A stretch of DNA of 64,000 nucleotides from contig JAZJZK010000008.1 of assembly GCA_040389905.1 (NCBI GenBank), forward strand, positions 1 through 64,000. The letters are read 5' to 3'. Made by a program: the position numbers and the translations under genes. This stretch comes from Gemmatimonadota bacterium (lineage in GTDB: Bacteria; Gemmatimonadota; Gemmatimonadetes; Gemmatimonadales; Gemmatimonadaceae). Shown here piece by piece: positions 38,463 through 48,251 of this stretch. The notes under the pieces are model-generated. The model searched no databases. It was not told where the DNA came from and saw only the letters and a program-made list of their open reading frames with translations. The stretch's first letter is position 1, and each line of letters opens with the position of its first letter.

Positions 38463-39572
38463 TCAATCCAAAAGCGCGTCAAACACCGCGTCGCACGCGC
38501 CGAGGCACCGCTCCAGCCCCTCGAGCGTGTGATCCCCCATGTGCCCGATTCGCACTGACGTCTCCTTGTTCTTCCCGTACCCGCTGCCAATCGTAAATCC
38601 TCGCTCCGCCACCGCACGCAACACCGTCGATGACGTCAGCGACGGGGGAAGCACGATACTCGTGACACTTGGCGAGCGATGCCCCGGCCCAGCCGCGATG
38701 CTCAGTGCTCCTTCATGACGCGCTGACGACGCGTCCACCCACGCGTACGTTCGCTCCGCCATCGCCTTATGTCGCGCCCAGCGAACCGGCATCGTCTCTT
38801 CCGCGATCGCGGCGAGCTGCACATCCGCGGCGTAAAAGAGCGGAAGAGCCGGTGTGTTCGGTGTCTGATGCTTGACGGCGTAGGCGTCGAACTCCACGAC
38901 ATCGAAGTACAGGCCGCGGCGGTCCTGCGAACGCGCACTGTCGATGAACGCCGGCGTGGCCGCGGCGAACGCGAGACCGGGCGGCAGGGCGAGTGCCTTC
39001 TGTGAACCGGTGAGCGCGAAGTCGAGCTGCCAATCATCGAATCGAAGTTCTGCGGCACCGATGCCCGTCACAGAATCGACGAGGCACACCGCACCGTGCT
39101 CGTGTGCGAGCCGCGTGACGGCGCGGACGTCAGTCAGCGCGCCGGTTGACGTCTCCGAATGCGCGACGGTTACGGCCGCATACTCGCGCGCGCTGAGGCG
39201 AATGGTCAACTCATCCAGGTCGACCGTGCTCCCCCAGGGAATGTCGATCACGACGGTCTCGCGACCACACGCGGTCGCGATCGCCGCGAAGCGTGCGGAA
39301 AACGCACCATTGACGATGGAGAGCACGCGACCAGCGGGCGCGCAGCGAATGGCGGATTCCATCAGCCCGGTCGCCGATGAACTGCTGACATACACCGGGC
39401 GCGCCGTCCCGAAGATATGTTGGAGGGATGTCTGGATTCGTGCATACATCGACTCGAACGCAGGACCGCGGTGCGCGATCATCGGCTGTGTCATTGCATC
39501 GAGCACGACCTGTCGCACTTCGGTGGGACCAGGGAAGAAAAACGTGCCCTGCGTAAGGAGTGGCATGGTCAT
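38463..39572 (-). CDS. Class V PLP aminotransferase (AGAT/serine-glyoxylate family; probable SerC role)
   Basis: PGPT, HSETSTG, VDSVT, GSQKALALPPG, RIGHMG; ser operon context. Confidence 0.9.
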   Translation of the reverse strand: MTMPLLTQGTFFFPGPTEVRQVVLDAMTQPMIAHRGPAFESMYARIQTSLQHIFGTARPVYVSSSSATGLMESAIRCAPAGRVLSIVNGAFSARFAAIATACGRETVVIDIPWGSTVDLDELTIRLSAREYAAVTVAHSETSTGALTDVRAVTRLAHEHGAVCLVDSVTGIGAAELRFDDWQLDFALTGSQKALALPPGLAFAAATPAFIDSARSQDRRGLYFDVVEFDAYAVKHQTPNTPALPLFYAADVQLAAIAEETMPVRWARHKAMAERTYAWVDASSARHEGALSIAAGPGHRSPSVTSIVLPPSLTSSTVLRAVAERGFTIGSGYGKNKETSVRIGHMGDHTLEGLERCLGACDAVFDALLD

Positions 39573-40219
39573 GCGAGAACGAGCTCCACGAGCTGATCGA
39601 ACGATTCAAGGACCACATCGGCCAGTTCCACGACCTGGTCACGATGCACGAAGCCGGTAAAGGCGGCAAAAGCGTCAACAGCGGGTCGCATCGCAAGGTC
39701 GGTGACACCATCACCCATCGCAAGCACGCGCGGCGGCAGGCCGATCGACTCCGCGACGGCGCGCTTGCCCGTGGCGGTTGCGAGGGGTGAGTCTGACTCG
39801 AAGCCGATGAACTCCCCCAGCTCGTCGAACCGTGTCGAGACGGCATAGACATCGCGCCGCGGTATGCCGAGCCGAAGCGCGACCGGCAGGATCGCCTCGC
39901 GAATGCCGCCGCTCACCAGCACGACGCGACGCTCCGCTGCCACCAGCCTCCGCACGGCGTCTTCCGCACCAGGCGCCAACGTCTCTGCATACGCGTTGGC
40001 CAGCGCTGCGATATCGTCCCACGTGGGATGCACGAGCGCCAGCCGCTCCGCATAAACGTTCTCGAGCGCGATCTCTCCCCGCATTGCGCGATCGGTCAGT
40101 TTCGCAACGTGATCACACACCTCCGCACCACGACGACGCGCGAGCCAATCGATGCCTTCCACGCGACACAGCGTGGAATCGACGTCGAGGATGACACTCG
40201 CGAACCCGTTGAGGCTCAC
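39569..40219 (-). CDS. serB: Phosphoserine phosphatase (HAD-IB)
   Basis: DVDSTL, VSGG, GDGVTD motifs. Confidence 0.88.
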   Translation of the reverse strand: MSLNGFASVILDVDSTLCRVEGIDWLARRRGAEVCDHVAKLTDRAMRGEIALENVYAERLALVHPTWDDIAALANAYAETLAPGAEDAVRRLVAAERRVVLVSGGIREAILPVALRLGIPRRDVYAVSTRFDELGEFIGFESDSPLATATGKRAVAESIGLPPRVLAMGDGVTDLAMRPAVDAFAAFTGFVHRDQVVELADVVLESFDQLVELVLA

Positions 40220-41598
40220 AGCACGTTACCTGGCGCGAGAATGCCCGTCGGATCGAGTTCCCGTTTCATGGCACTCATGGCGCGCATCTGCAGCGGCGAC
40301 ATCTGGAGGGGAAGCCATTTGCGCTTGATCTTCCCGATGCCGTGCTCCGCGGCGACTGTTCCACCCAATGCGATGACCTCACGCAGGGTGGCCTCGACAA
40401 CCCGTTCGATTCGCGCGAGCGCGACGGCGTCGTCGGCAATGAAGTTCTGGTGCGGGTGGCCATTGCCGGCATGCCCGTAGATGACGGCCTGTTCGATCCC
40501 TGCGTCTGTCGCAAGCGAACGCGCACGACCAATCGCTCGGCCAAGCTGGGCATATGGCACGGCCCAGTCGGTCGACACCTTCCGTCCACCGTGCGCACGC
40601 CGCGCCCCTCCACGCTCATTCATGTGCGCGGGTACGGCGTGCCGGACCCGGCGCGCCTCGCGAAGCGCCGCTTCTCCCTCATAGACGCGAACGTCGTCGA
40701 CGATCGCGCCGTGCGCCTGGGCGAGCGAGAGCCACTCGTCCAGGGCAGGCTCCGCTCCACGAGAAGGCACCTCCTCAACGTACACGAACGCTGCTGCTCC
40801 GAGCGCCCATTCCGGCGTCCCCTCGGCATCGCGCGCGATGCCCAACGCGAGAATGTCGAAGTACTCGAGGCATCTCGGATGAACGCCGGCTCCCCGCCGC
40901 GCTGCGACGACGAATTCCAGGGCGGCATGCTCCGTTGCGAAGGGGATCGAAAGGCCGACCACATGGTCCGGCAGCGGCAGGAGTCCGAGCTCGGCTTCAA
41001 CGATGACACCGAGCGTTCCCTCGCTGCCGATGAACCAATCCACAGGATCATGTGCAAACGCGTAGCCGACGGTGTTCTTTTCCAGCGCGGTCCGCCGCAG
41101 ATCGACGAACGACCCATCGGCGAGTGCGACCTTGAGCGCGCGCACGTGCGGACGTGTTGCGCCGTAACGCAACGACCGTGCGCCGGATGCATTGCAGGCG
41201 ATCGCGCCGCCAATCGTGCACTCATCTTCGCTCGTTGGATCGGGGGCGAAGAGCAGATCGTGCTCCGCGCACAAACGCTTCATGTCGCCGACGAGGACTC
41301 CCGGCTCGACGCGGATCGTTCGTGCGCGCGGATCGATGTCGATCACGCGCTGCATCGCGCGCGTCGACATGAGGAGGCCGACGTCGGTGATGGACGCCCC
41401 GGTCGTACTCGTCTGCCCGCCCGCAGGCGTGACGGGTGTGTTCGACGCATGAGCTTCCGCCAGCAACGCGGAGACTTCACCCGCAGACGCAGGTCTCGCC
41501 ACGCCTTCGGGAACGAGCACCAATCCCGAGACGTCCGACGCGTACGCGCGGCGAACCTCTTCGTCGCGCGCGATAGAAGGAATACCGAGGTGTGTCAC
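40216..41598 (-). CDS. FAD-linked oxidase, GlcD/D-lactate/D-2-hydroxyglutarate dehydrogenase family
   Basis: IGGAIACNASG, GSEGTLG, GHAGNGHPH, EHGIG, LDPTGILAPG; start probably GTG 41598, since the longer ORF runs into a repeat. Confidence 0.9.
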   Translation of the reverse strand: MTHLGIPSIARDEEVRRAYASDVSGLVLVPEGVARPASAGEVSALLAEAHASNTPVTPAGGQTSTTGASITDVGLLMSTRAMQRVIDIDPRARTIRVEPGVLVGDMKRLCAEHDLLFAPDPTSEDECTIGGAIACNASGARSLRYGATRPHVRALKVALADGSFVDLRRTALEKNTVGYAFAHDPVDWFIGSEGTLGVIVEAELGLLPLPDHVVGLSIPFATEHAALEFVVAARRGAGVHPRCLEYFDILALGIARDAEGTPEWALGAAAFVYVEEVPSRGAEPALDEWLSLAQAHGAIVDDVRVYEGEAALREARRVRHAVPAHMNERGGARRAHGGRKVSTDWAVPYAQLGRAIGRARSLATDAGIEQAVIYGHAGNGHPHQNFIADDAVALARIERVVEATLREVIALGGTVAAEHGIGKIKRKWLPLQMSPLQMRAMSAMKRELDPTGILAPGNVL

Positions 41599-41603
41599 GA
41601 CGC

Positions 41604-41758
41604 TGTCATCCCGAGCGAGCGCAGCAGCCTGCCCTCGAGGAGCGCGAGCGACGAAGGGAGGGATCTGCACCTGCCGTTACGCTCCTTTTGTCGCCTGCCT
41701 GCCCTCGAGGAGCGCAAGCGACGAAGGGAGCGAAGCGAAGGGCCTGCACCTGCTGTTG
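41604..41758. repeat. Two family B copies, each carrying the same 34-nt insert
   Basis: 41627-41660 and 41697-41730 are identical at 33/34. Confidence 0.9.
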
Positions 41759-41775
41759 CCCAGTTGGATGTGGCA

Positions 41776-43380
41776 TCACGCGCGGAAGTGAACGACCGTT
41801 GCCGACAGGATATCAGGCAACTTGAGGAGCGCGTCGCGAACGCCGCTGCCGACGCTCCCATCCACGCTGATTGCCGCGAGCGCCTCCCCACCCTGCGCGA
41901 GCCGCGCCTGGTGATACTCGGCGATGTTGACGCCGGCGTCGCCGAGGAGCGTGCCGACGCGGCCGATGACCCCTGGGACGTCGTGGTTCGTGAGAATGAC
42001 GAGCGTATCACGCGGCGCAACGTCCACATGAAATCCGCCGATTCTCGTGAGGCGACCCGCCGATCCCTCGGGGGCCACGCCGGCCACCGCAAGCTCCTGC
42101 ATGCCTCCACTGAGGCTGACTTGGACGCCGAAGGGGCCAAGGGACTCGCTCTTCGAGCACGAGAGCTCCATGCCGCGTGCCTCGGCGAGCGAGCGGGCAT
42201 TGATGAGGTTGAGCCGCTCCACCTCGATGGCGCCCTCGAGCACGCCGGCCGCCGCCGCCGCCAGGAGCGCCGCCGATGCACTCGCGATCTCCGAGCCGCA
42301 CCGCAGCGACACGCGCTGCACGACCCGCGCTCCGCGGTCCGCGAGGATCGCTCGCGCCACGGCGGCCGCGCGTCGCGTGACGAGAAGCGCGGACTGGAGT
42401 TCCCGCCAGTCACCGATTCCAGCCCCTGCGACATTGATCGATCGCGAGAGCTCATCGTGCAGCAATGCGTCGCGCACCGCGGCGCAGGCATCGACGGCGA
42501 CGTTGCGCTGCGCTTCCGCGCTCGACGCACCGATGTGCGGTGTCAGCAGCGTGTTCGGCGCGCGGCGCAGCGGGTGGTCGGCCGCCAGCGGTTCCTTGCT
42601 GAAGGCATCGACGATTGCGCCACGGAGTTGGCCACTCTCGAGCGCGCTGACCAGCGCCGCCTCCTCAATGATCCCACCACGCGCCATGTTGACCGCGATG
42701 GCGCCACCCTTGAGTCGCGCTAGCTCGCGCTTGCCGATCATGCCATGTGTTTCTTCCGTCAGCGGCGTGTGCACCGTGAGAAAATCTGCGACGTCGAGCC
42801 CCTCTTCCAGCGTGGCGAGCTTCCGGATGCGCAATGCGTGAAAGCGCTCATCGGCGATGTAGGGATCGAAGCCGGCGACATCCATGCCGAACGCGAGTGC
42901 GCGTGTTGCAATCTCTCCGCCGATGCGACCGACTCCGACGATGACGAGCGTCTTGCCCTTGAGCTCCGTACCGAGGAGTTGCGAACGATCCCAGCGGCCG
43001 TCGCGCATCGAGCTAGCTGCCTGCGGCAGGTGTCGCAGCAGGCCGATGACCGCACCGAAGAACAATTCGACCACGGCGATCGTATTGCCCGCGGGCGCAT
43101 TGATGACCGCAATGCCGAGTGCCGTTGCCGCTTCGATGGCGATGTTGTCCACGCCGACGCCGGCGCGGCCGACGACTCGGAGTCGCTTTGCGCGAGCGAG
43201 AAGTTCCGCCGTGATGCGAGTGGCGCTGCGCCCCACAAACGCGTCATAGTCGCCGATGCGCTCGAGGAGTTCAGCGGGTGGCAGCGTTGGAAGCTCGTCG
43301 ACGACGAACGACGGTTCGGCGGTGAGCAGGGCGACGCCATCGGCGTCGATGTCATCCGTAACGAGTATTCTGTAAGACAA
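41776..43380 (-). CDS. serA: D-3-phosphoglycerate dehydrogenase (long form with ACT domain)
   Basis: GRAGVGVDNI, GVGRIG, NMARGG, TPHIGAS, C-terminal ACT NHDVPGVIG; TTG start. Confidence 0.96.
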   Translation of the reverse strand: MSYRILVTDDIDADGVALLTAEPSFVVDELPTLPPAELLERIGDYDAFVGRSATRITAELLARAKRLRVVGRAGVGVDNIAIEAATALGIAVINAPAGNTIAVVELFFGAVIGLLRHLPQAASSMRDGRWDRSQLLGTELKGKTLVIVGVGRIGGEIATRALAFGMDVAGFDPYIADERFHALRIRKLATLEEGLDVADFLTVHTPLTEETHGMIGKRELARLKGGAIAVNMARGGIIEEAALVSALESGQLRGAIVDAFSKEPLAADHPLRRAPNTLLTPHIGASSAEAQRNVAVDACAAVRDALLHDELSRSINVAGAGIGDWRELQSALLVTRRAAAVARAILADRGARVVQRVSLRCGSEIASASAALLAAAAAGVLEGAIEVERLNLINARSLAEARGMELSCSKSESLGPFGVQVSLSGGMQELAVAGVAPEGSAGRLTRIGGFHVDVAPRDTLVILTNHDVPGVIGRVGTLLGDAGVNIAEYHQARLAQGGEALAAISVDGSVGSGVRDALLKLPDILSATVVHFRA

Positions 43381-43474
43381 GCGGCGCGGGGGTGCGGGTC
43401 ATCGCAAGCTGGTGGCTCGACAATCGTCGGGCAACCCATAGGCGACGGGGTGTTCGAAGGGCATATTCAGTTCC

Positions 43475-43756
43475 ATGGCGACCGTCTCACGTCAGGCTCG
43501 GCTGATCGATCTCGCGGCACTCGTGTGCATCATTGTCGGTGCGGGCCTCTGCCTCGTGTCGAACGACCGTTTGCAGGCATTGACGAAATTGTCGTACCAG
43601 CATCCCGGCCCCCGGAGCCAATCCGCACTCGCGGCCGCAGATCGCGCCCGCTACATCGCCTACGGCGGCGTCGCCTTTATCGTCCTCGGCTGCGTGGTGG
43701 GCGCCGGCGGTGCGATCGCGATGGCGCGCCGCAAGCGCCTCGCAGCCGCCCCATAG
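43475..43756 (+). CDS. Small two-TM membrane protein
   Basis: 93 aa with two hydrophobic helices; fills an intergenic gap. Confidence 0.65.
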   Translation: MATVSRQARLIDLAALVCIIVGAGLCLVSNDRLQALTKLSYQHPGPRSQSALAAADRARYIAYGGVAFIVLGCVVGAGGAIAMARRKRLAAAP

Positions 43757-43775
43757 CTGGTCCGAACGCTCGTTT

Positions 43776-43809
43776 TGTCGCCCTGAGCGCAGCGAGAGGG
43801 CCCGCACCT
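43776..43809. repeat. Family B single copy between convergent genes
   Basis: TGTCGCCCTGAGCGCAGCGAGAGGGCCCGCACCT. Confidence 0.85.
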
Positions 43810-43815
43810 TCGCCC

Positions 43816-44730
43816 TTATGCAATCTCCATCAACCCTTCGCTCATCATCACCGACCCGCCGCCAACGCGAACGGCAGTGACGCGGCCCGCCGTCACGTCC
43901 GCCTCCGCTTCGATGATGCTCGGCCGCCCCATCTCGAACCCCTGTTCCACGCGCCAGTGCAGCGTTCCGTCACGACGCGAATCGCGGACGGCGAGATAGC
44001 CCGCGAGCGCGGCGCAGGCGCTGCCGGTCGCAGGATCCTCCGGGATATTCAGTGCGGGAGCAAACATGCGAGCATGAATGTCGGAGCCCTCGCGTTCACC
44101 ACCCTCGGCAAACAGAAAGATCTCGGCGGCCCACGCATCCTTGAGGGTGCGTTCCCAGGTGTCCATGCTGAGTCGCGCGCGCGCAACCGAGGCGATGTCG
44201 CGGAGCGGGACGAAGAGCAATGGAAGCCCGCACGATACCGACTGCGGCATCCACGGGTCGGCTCGCAGGTCGTCCACGCCAACGCCGATCAGTCGCGCCA
44301 CGGTCTCGCGATCGGGAGGAGGAGGGCCGACCTCAGGCAGCTTCGCCGCGGTGAGCTCAACAAACACCGGAACGCCGTCGCGTGCGCGAATCGAAATGGG
44401 AACGGGGCCGACACCTTCCTCGAACACGATGCGCGTCACATCGCCATCCAGCGCGATGTCACCAATCGCGGCCAGTACATGGGCGGTTCCAACCGTCGGA
44501 TGCCCCGCAAAGGGCAACTCGGCACCGGGCGTAAAGATCCGCACTCGCCGTGTGTTCGCTGGGTCGACCGCGGGATACACGAACGTGGTTTCGGAGTAGT
44601 TGAACTCGCGACAGACGTCCTGGAGACGCGCCTCGGGGATGCCGCGCGCGTCCGGGAACACCGCCAGTTGATTGCCTCCAAAGGGCGTATCGGTGAAGAC
44701 GTCGACGGTGAGATACCGGAATTTTGCCAT
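43816..44730 (-). CDS. PhzF-family isomerase/epimerase
   Basis: VDVFT...GGNQLAV, NYSETTF, ELPFAGHPT, EDPATGSA. Confidence 0.94.
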   Translation of the reverse strand: MAKFRYLTVDVFTDTPFGGNQLAVFPDARGIPEARLQDVCREFNYSETTFVYPAVDPANTRRVRIFTPGAELPFAGHPTVGTAHVLAAIGDIALDGDVTRIVFEEGVGPVPISIRARDGVPVFVELTAAKLPEVGPPPPDRETVARLIGVGVDDLRADPWMPQSVSCGLPLLFVPLRDIASVARARLSMDTWERTLKDAWAAEIFLFAEGGEREGSDIHARMFAPALNIPEDPATGSACAALAGYLAVRDSRRDGTLHWRVEQGFEMGRPSIIEAEADVTAGRVTAVRVGGGSVMMSEGLMEIA

Positions 44731-44738
44731 GGCCGCCG

Positions 44739-46463
44739 CTACTTCTCGTCCATGAATGGATACCGGTAGTCGGTCGGCGGTGAGAACGTTTCCTTCATGC
44801 TGCGCGCGCTCACCCAGCGCACGAGATTCAACTTCGACCCTGCCTTGTCGTTCGTGCCGGACGCACGTGCCCCGCCGAACGGTTGCTGTCCGACCACCGC
44901 ACCGGTGGGCTTGTCGTTGACGTAGAAGTTTCCGGCGGCGTTGCGCAGCGCGAACATTGCCTCGCGCACCGCGCGGCGGTCGTTCGCGAAGACCGCGCCC
45001 GTGAGCGCATAGGGCGACGTGGTGTCCACGATCCGCAACGTCTCGTGCCACTTGGCGTCGTCGTAGACATGCACCGTCACGACTGGGCCGAAGATTTCCT
45101 CGCAGAGGAGACGGTAACCCGGGTCCTGTGTCTCGACCAGCGTTGGATGAATGAAATAGCCGTCTTTCCCGTCGACCGTGCCTCCCGCGATGACCGTTGC
45201 GTTCCGCTTCGCATCATCGATGTACTCCGAAATCTTCGTAAACGCCTTCTTGTCGATGACGGCGCCCATGAAATTCCTGAAGTCGGTAATGTCACCGACC
45301 TTCAGCTCCTCGATGATCGCCACCGTGCGCTCGCGCACGTCCTTCCAGATGGAGCGCGGTACATAAACGCGGCTGGCGGCGGAGCACTTCTGCCCCTGAT
45401 ACTCAAAACCGCCGCGCGCGATCGCGACCGCCAGTGCTTGTGGATCGGCTGACGCGTGCGCCACGATGAAGTCCTTTCCGCCCGTTTCACCCACGATGCG
45501 CGGGTAGCTCGCATACCGTGACATATCGGAGCCGATCGTCTGCCACATCGAATTGAACACACCGGTGCTGCCCGTGAAGTGCACGCCGGCGAGGCTCCGG
45601 TCCGCGAGCGCGATGTTCGAGATCGACACCGCGTCTCCGGGAACGAGATTGATCACGCCGGGCGGGAGGCCAGCGGCTTCGAGCAGCTTCATGATGTAGT
45701 ACGACGACAACATCGACGTCCCGGCTGGCTTCCAGACCACCGTGTTGCCCATCAACGCCGGTGCCGTCGGGAGGTTTCCGGCAATGGACGTGAAGTTGAA
45801 GGGCGTGACCGCATACACGAAGCCCTCGAGCGCCCGGTAGTCGAGCTGATTCCACATCATGTTGTTGCTGAGTGGCTGCTCGCTGTAGAGCTCCTGTGCG
45901 TACGCCGGATTGAAGCGCCAGAAGTCGATCAGCTCACAGGCGGAATCGATCTCCGCCTGAAAAGCAGTTTTCGATTGTCCGAGCATCGTGGATGCGTTGA
46001 TCGTCTGCCGCCACGTGGTCGTGAGGAGCTCTGCCGCGCGCAGGAACACCGCGGCACGGTCTTCCCACGCCCAGTTCGACCATTCCGCGCTGGCAGCCTT
46101 GGCCGCCGCGATCGCCCGGTGCACGACCTCCGGGGACGCGCGATGCCAATCCGCCAGCACGTGACGATGGTCGTGCGGCATGACGCTCTGCGCCAGGTCT
46201 CCCGTCCGAATCTCTTGACCCCCGATGATGATCGGAATGTCGATGTGTTCCTTCGCCATGCTCGCGAGTCGCGACTTGAGCGCGGCGCGTTCCGGGGTGC
46301 CGGGCGCGTAGCTCTTGACCGGCTCGTTGACCGGAGGTGGAACGCGTCGCGTTCCAGAAAAAGCCGCAAGCGCGCTGCGCGGTGACATCGCCTCGGCGGA
46401 CTGTTGCGATTCGGCGGCGCCTTGAGCGGGCGCAGAGCTCGTGGGCAGGGCAGTGTCAGCCAT
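44739..46463 (-). CDS. pruA: 1-pyrroline-5-carboxylate (glutamate semialdehyde) dehydrogenase
   Basis: QAEIDSACELIDFWRFN, FTGST, GETGGKDF, YQGQKCSA, SGTNDKAGS. Confidence 0.95.
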   Translation of the reverse strand: MADTALPTSSAPAQGAAESQQSAEAMSPRSALAAFSGTRRVPPPVNEPVKSYAPGTPERAALKSRLASMAKEHIDIPIIIGGQEIRTGDLAQSVMPHDHRHVLADWHRASPEVVHRAIAAAKAASAEWSNWAWEDRAAVFLRAAELLTTTWRQTINASTMLGQSKTAFQAEIDSACELIDFWRFNPAYAQELYSEQPLSNNMMWNQLDYRALEGFVYAVTPFNFTSIAGNLPTAPALMGNTVVWKPAGTSMLSSYYIMKLLEAAGLPPGVINLVPGDAVSISNIALADRSLAGVHFTGSTGVFNSMWQTIGSDMSRYASYPRIVGETGGKDFIVAHASADPQALAVAIARGGFEYQGQKCSAASRVYVPRSIWKDVRERTVAIIEELKVGDITDFRNFMGAVIDKKAFTKISEYIDDAKRNATVIAGGTVDGKDGYFIHPTLVETQDPGYRLLCEEIFGPVVTVHVYDDAKWHETLRIVDTTSPYALTGAVFANDRRAVREAMFALRNAAGNFYVNDKPTGAVVGQQPFGGARASGTNDKAGSKLNLVRWVSARSMKETFSPPTDYRYPFMDEK

Positions 46464-46576
46464 GGTCGAACGGGTTGAGTGGCGGAGGGGGCGGTGACAG
46501 CCAAGAAAGATAATCCGGAGGTGCGGACGAGCGCGCGTCGCTGTCGCAGCGTGGACGCAGGGACTATCCTCCGCCA

Positions 46577-47374
46577 ATGATCGCGCCCCGAGGCCCTCTC
46601 GCAGTCCGGACTCTCCTCATCCTCGCGCTGGCGGGGTGCGACACGCCTCCGGTTGCGTGGTCCGCCGTTCGCTCGCTCCCGGCGAGTAGTGGCATCGTCC
46701 GGCTCACCGGCAACGGGGACATCGTAGCAGATTCACTCGTTGCGATCAACGTCGAAACACACCTCCCAGCGCCAGCCTGTCCGGGATCGATCCGGTATGC
46801 GAGAGACGGAGCGTCGCTCGTCGCCGTGTGGTGGTCGCCGCGCCCCGATAGCAGTGCATCCCTGGTCTTCTCGCGGAAGCGTTACGGAGCGGAATGGGGC
46901 GTCGTCGTGCCTGTTGACACGACGGATCGCGGCGTGACAGGGTGCCGGCGCTCACCGCCCGCTGTGACGGCAGACTCGGCGACACGCTACATCCATGTCA
47001 GCTATGGGCTGGTCGGTGTGGAAGGGCCCGGCATCTTCTTTTCGCACTCGATGGACGCGGGCGCGCTCTTTCATTCTCCCGTGTCCATCGTCTACGGGGA
47101 GCACATCGGTGCGACGAGTGTGGCGTCCGACGGCGATCGCGTGGCCGTGGCCTTCGAGGATCCAAATGGTGGCGCGGCGCGAATCGGGCTCGCGTTGTCT
47201 CGAACGATGGGCCACATTTTCGAAGACCGTATTCTTCCTGTTTCCGCAGACAACGGTTCGGCGACGCAGCCGCTCGTGGCCATTCGAGGCCGCACCATTG
47301 CCGTTGCGTGGCAGGAACGCGCGGGGTCAGCCGGCATCGCAGCGTTTCGTGTCCGCACTGGCAGTCTTCACTGA
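46577..47374 (+). CDS. Putative lipoprotein with BNR/sialidase-like repeats
   Basis: Lipobox LAGC; SMDAGALF and SRTMGHIF Asp-box-like motifs. Confidence 0.7.
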   Translation: MIAPRGPLAVRTLLILALAGCDTPPVAWSAVRSLPASSGIVRLTGNGDIVADSLVAINVETHLPAPACPGSIRYARDGASLVAVWWSPRPDSSASLVFSRKRYGAEWGVVVPVDTTDRGVTGCRRSPPAVTADSATRYIHVSYGLVGVEGPGIFFSHSMDAGALFHSPVSIVYGEHIGATSVASDGDRVAVAFEDPNGGAARIGLALSRTMGHIFEDRILPVSADNGSATQPLVAIRGRTIAVAWQERAGSAGIAAFRVRTGSLH

Positions 47375-47393
47375 CACACACCCGCGCCAAGAC

Positions 47394-48077
47394 ATGCGCG
47401 TACTCTTCGCCGACGACGATGCAATGGCCCGAACGCTGATGGCCGCGGTCCTTGCCGACCTCGACCATGAAGCGTCAATGGCGGAAGACGGCGTCCAGGC
47501 TTGGGAGCAGTTCCAGCGCGCGCCCGCTCCGCTGGTCATCCTTGACATCAACATGCCTGGGCTCGACGGGCTCGAGGTGTGCCGCCGAATTCGAGCGCAC
47601 GACACCGGCCGCGACGTCTTCGTCCTGATTGTCACCGCACGCGATGGCCGGGACGACCTCGCCAACGTGCTCGAGGCGGGGGCCGACGACTATGTGACCA
47701 AGCCAAGCTCGCCCGAGAATCTTCGCGCTCGACTGGAAATCGCGAAGCGGCGCATCGCGCAGGACGACGCGCGCCGTCGCACGGAAGCCGAGCTCGCCAG
47801 GTCGCGTTGGCTTGCTGGAATCGGCGAAACGACGATTGCGTTGGAACACGAGATCAACAACCCCCTCTCCGCGCTACTGGGCCACGCCGAGTTGCTGCTC
47901 ATGGACAAGGAGCTGTCGCCCGACCAACTCGATCAACTGCGCATCATTCAGGAGCAGGCTTCGCGCATCGCACAGGTCGTGCGGCGTCTCGCGAAACTCA
48001 AGAATCCGCAGTCGGTGGAGTATCTGGCCGGATCGTTGATGCTGGATCTGTCGTCGCGCACGAGTCGGCCGGAATAA
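47394..48077 (+). CDS. Response regulator with C-terminal HisKA helix pair and no ATPase domain
   Basis: ADDD...ILDINMP...TKP; HEINNPL. Confidence 0.9.
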   Translation: MRVLFADDDAMARTLMAAVLADLDHEASMAEDGVQAWEQFQRAPAPLVILDINMPGLDGLEVCRRIRAHDTGRDVFVLIVTARDGRDDLANVLEAGADDYVTKPSSPENLRARLEIAKRRIAQDDARRRTEAELARSRWLAGIGETTIALEHEINNPLSALLGHAELLLMDKELSPDQLDQLRIIQEQASRIAQVVRRLAKLKNPQSVEYLAGSLMLDLSSRTSRPE

Positions 48078-48148
48078 TCTCTTGGCGGTGCGCGTTGGAG
48101 CGTTCAGGTCGACGAGACTGGCCAAAACGACCCAGGGTCCTGGGAGCA

Positions 48149-48179
48149 GATTCGACGGATTCAACGGATTTGACGGATT
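48149..48179. repeat. Short tandem CGGATT 9-mers (family C left arm)
   Basis: GATTCGACGGATTCAACGGATTTGACGGATT. Confidence 0.6.
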
Positions 48180-48251
48180 GCCTCCGAGTCGGAGACGCTG
48201 TGGGTGCCGAATTGGGGTCGAACTGTCTTCGCTACTCACTTAGGAGTCTCA

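Noticed and set aside
43381..43474. Ser-rich leader peptide for the ser operon
   Set aside because: No biased short ORF or terminator is visible upstream of serA
43816..44730. Phenazine biosynthesis cluster
   Set aside because: Lone PhzF-family gene with no other phz genes; it is coupled to P5C dehydrogenase instead
40342..44769. Long plus-strand ORFs of 793 aa and 674 aa
   Set aside because: Antisense shadows of the oxidase, serA and phzF genes; Arg-rich with no motifs, as expected in high-GC DNA
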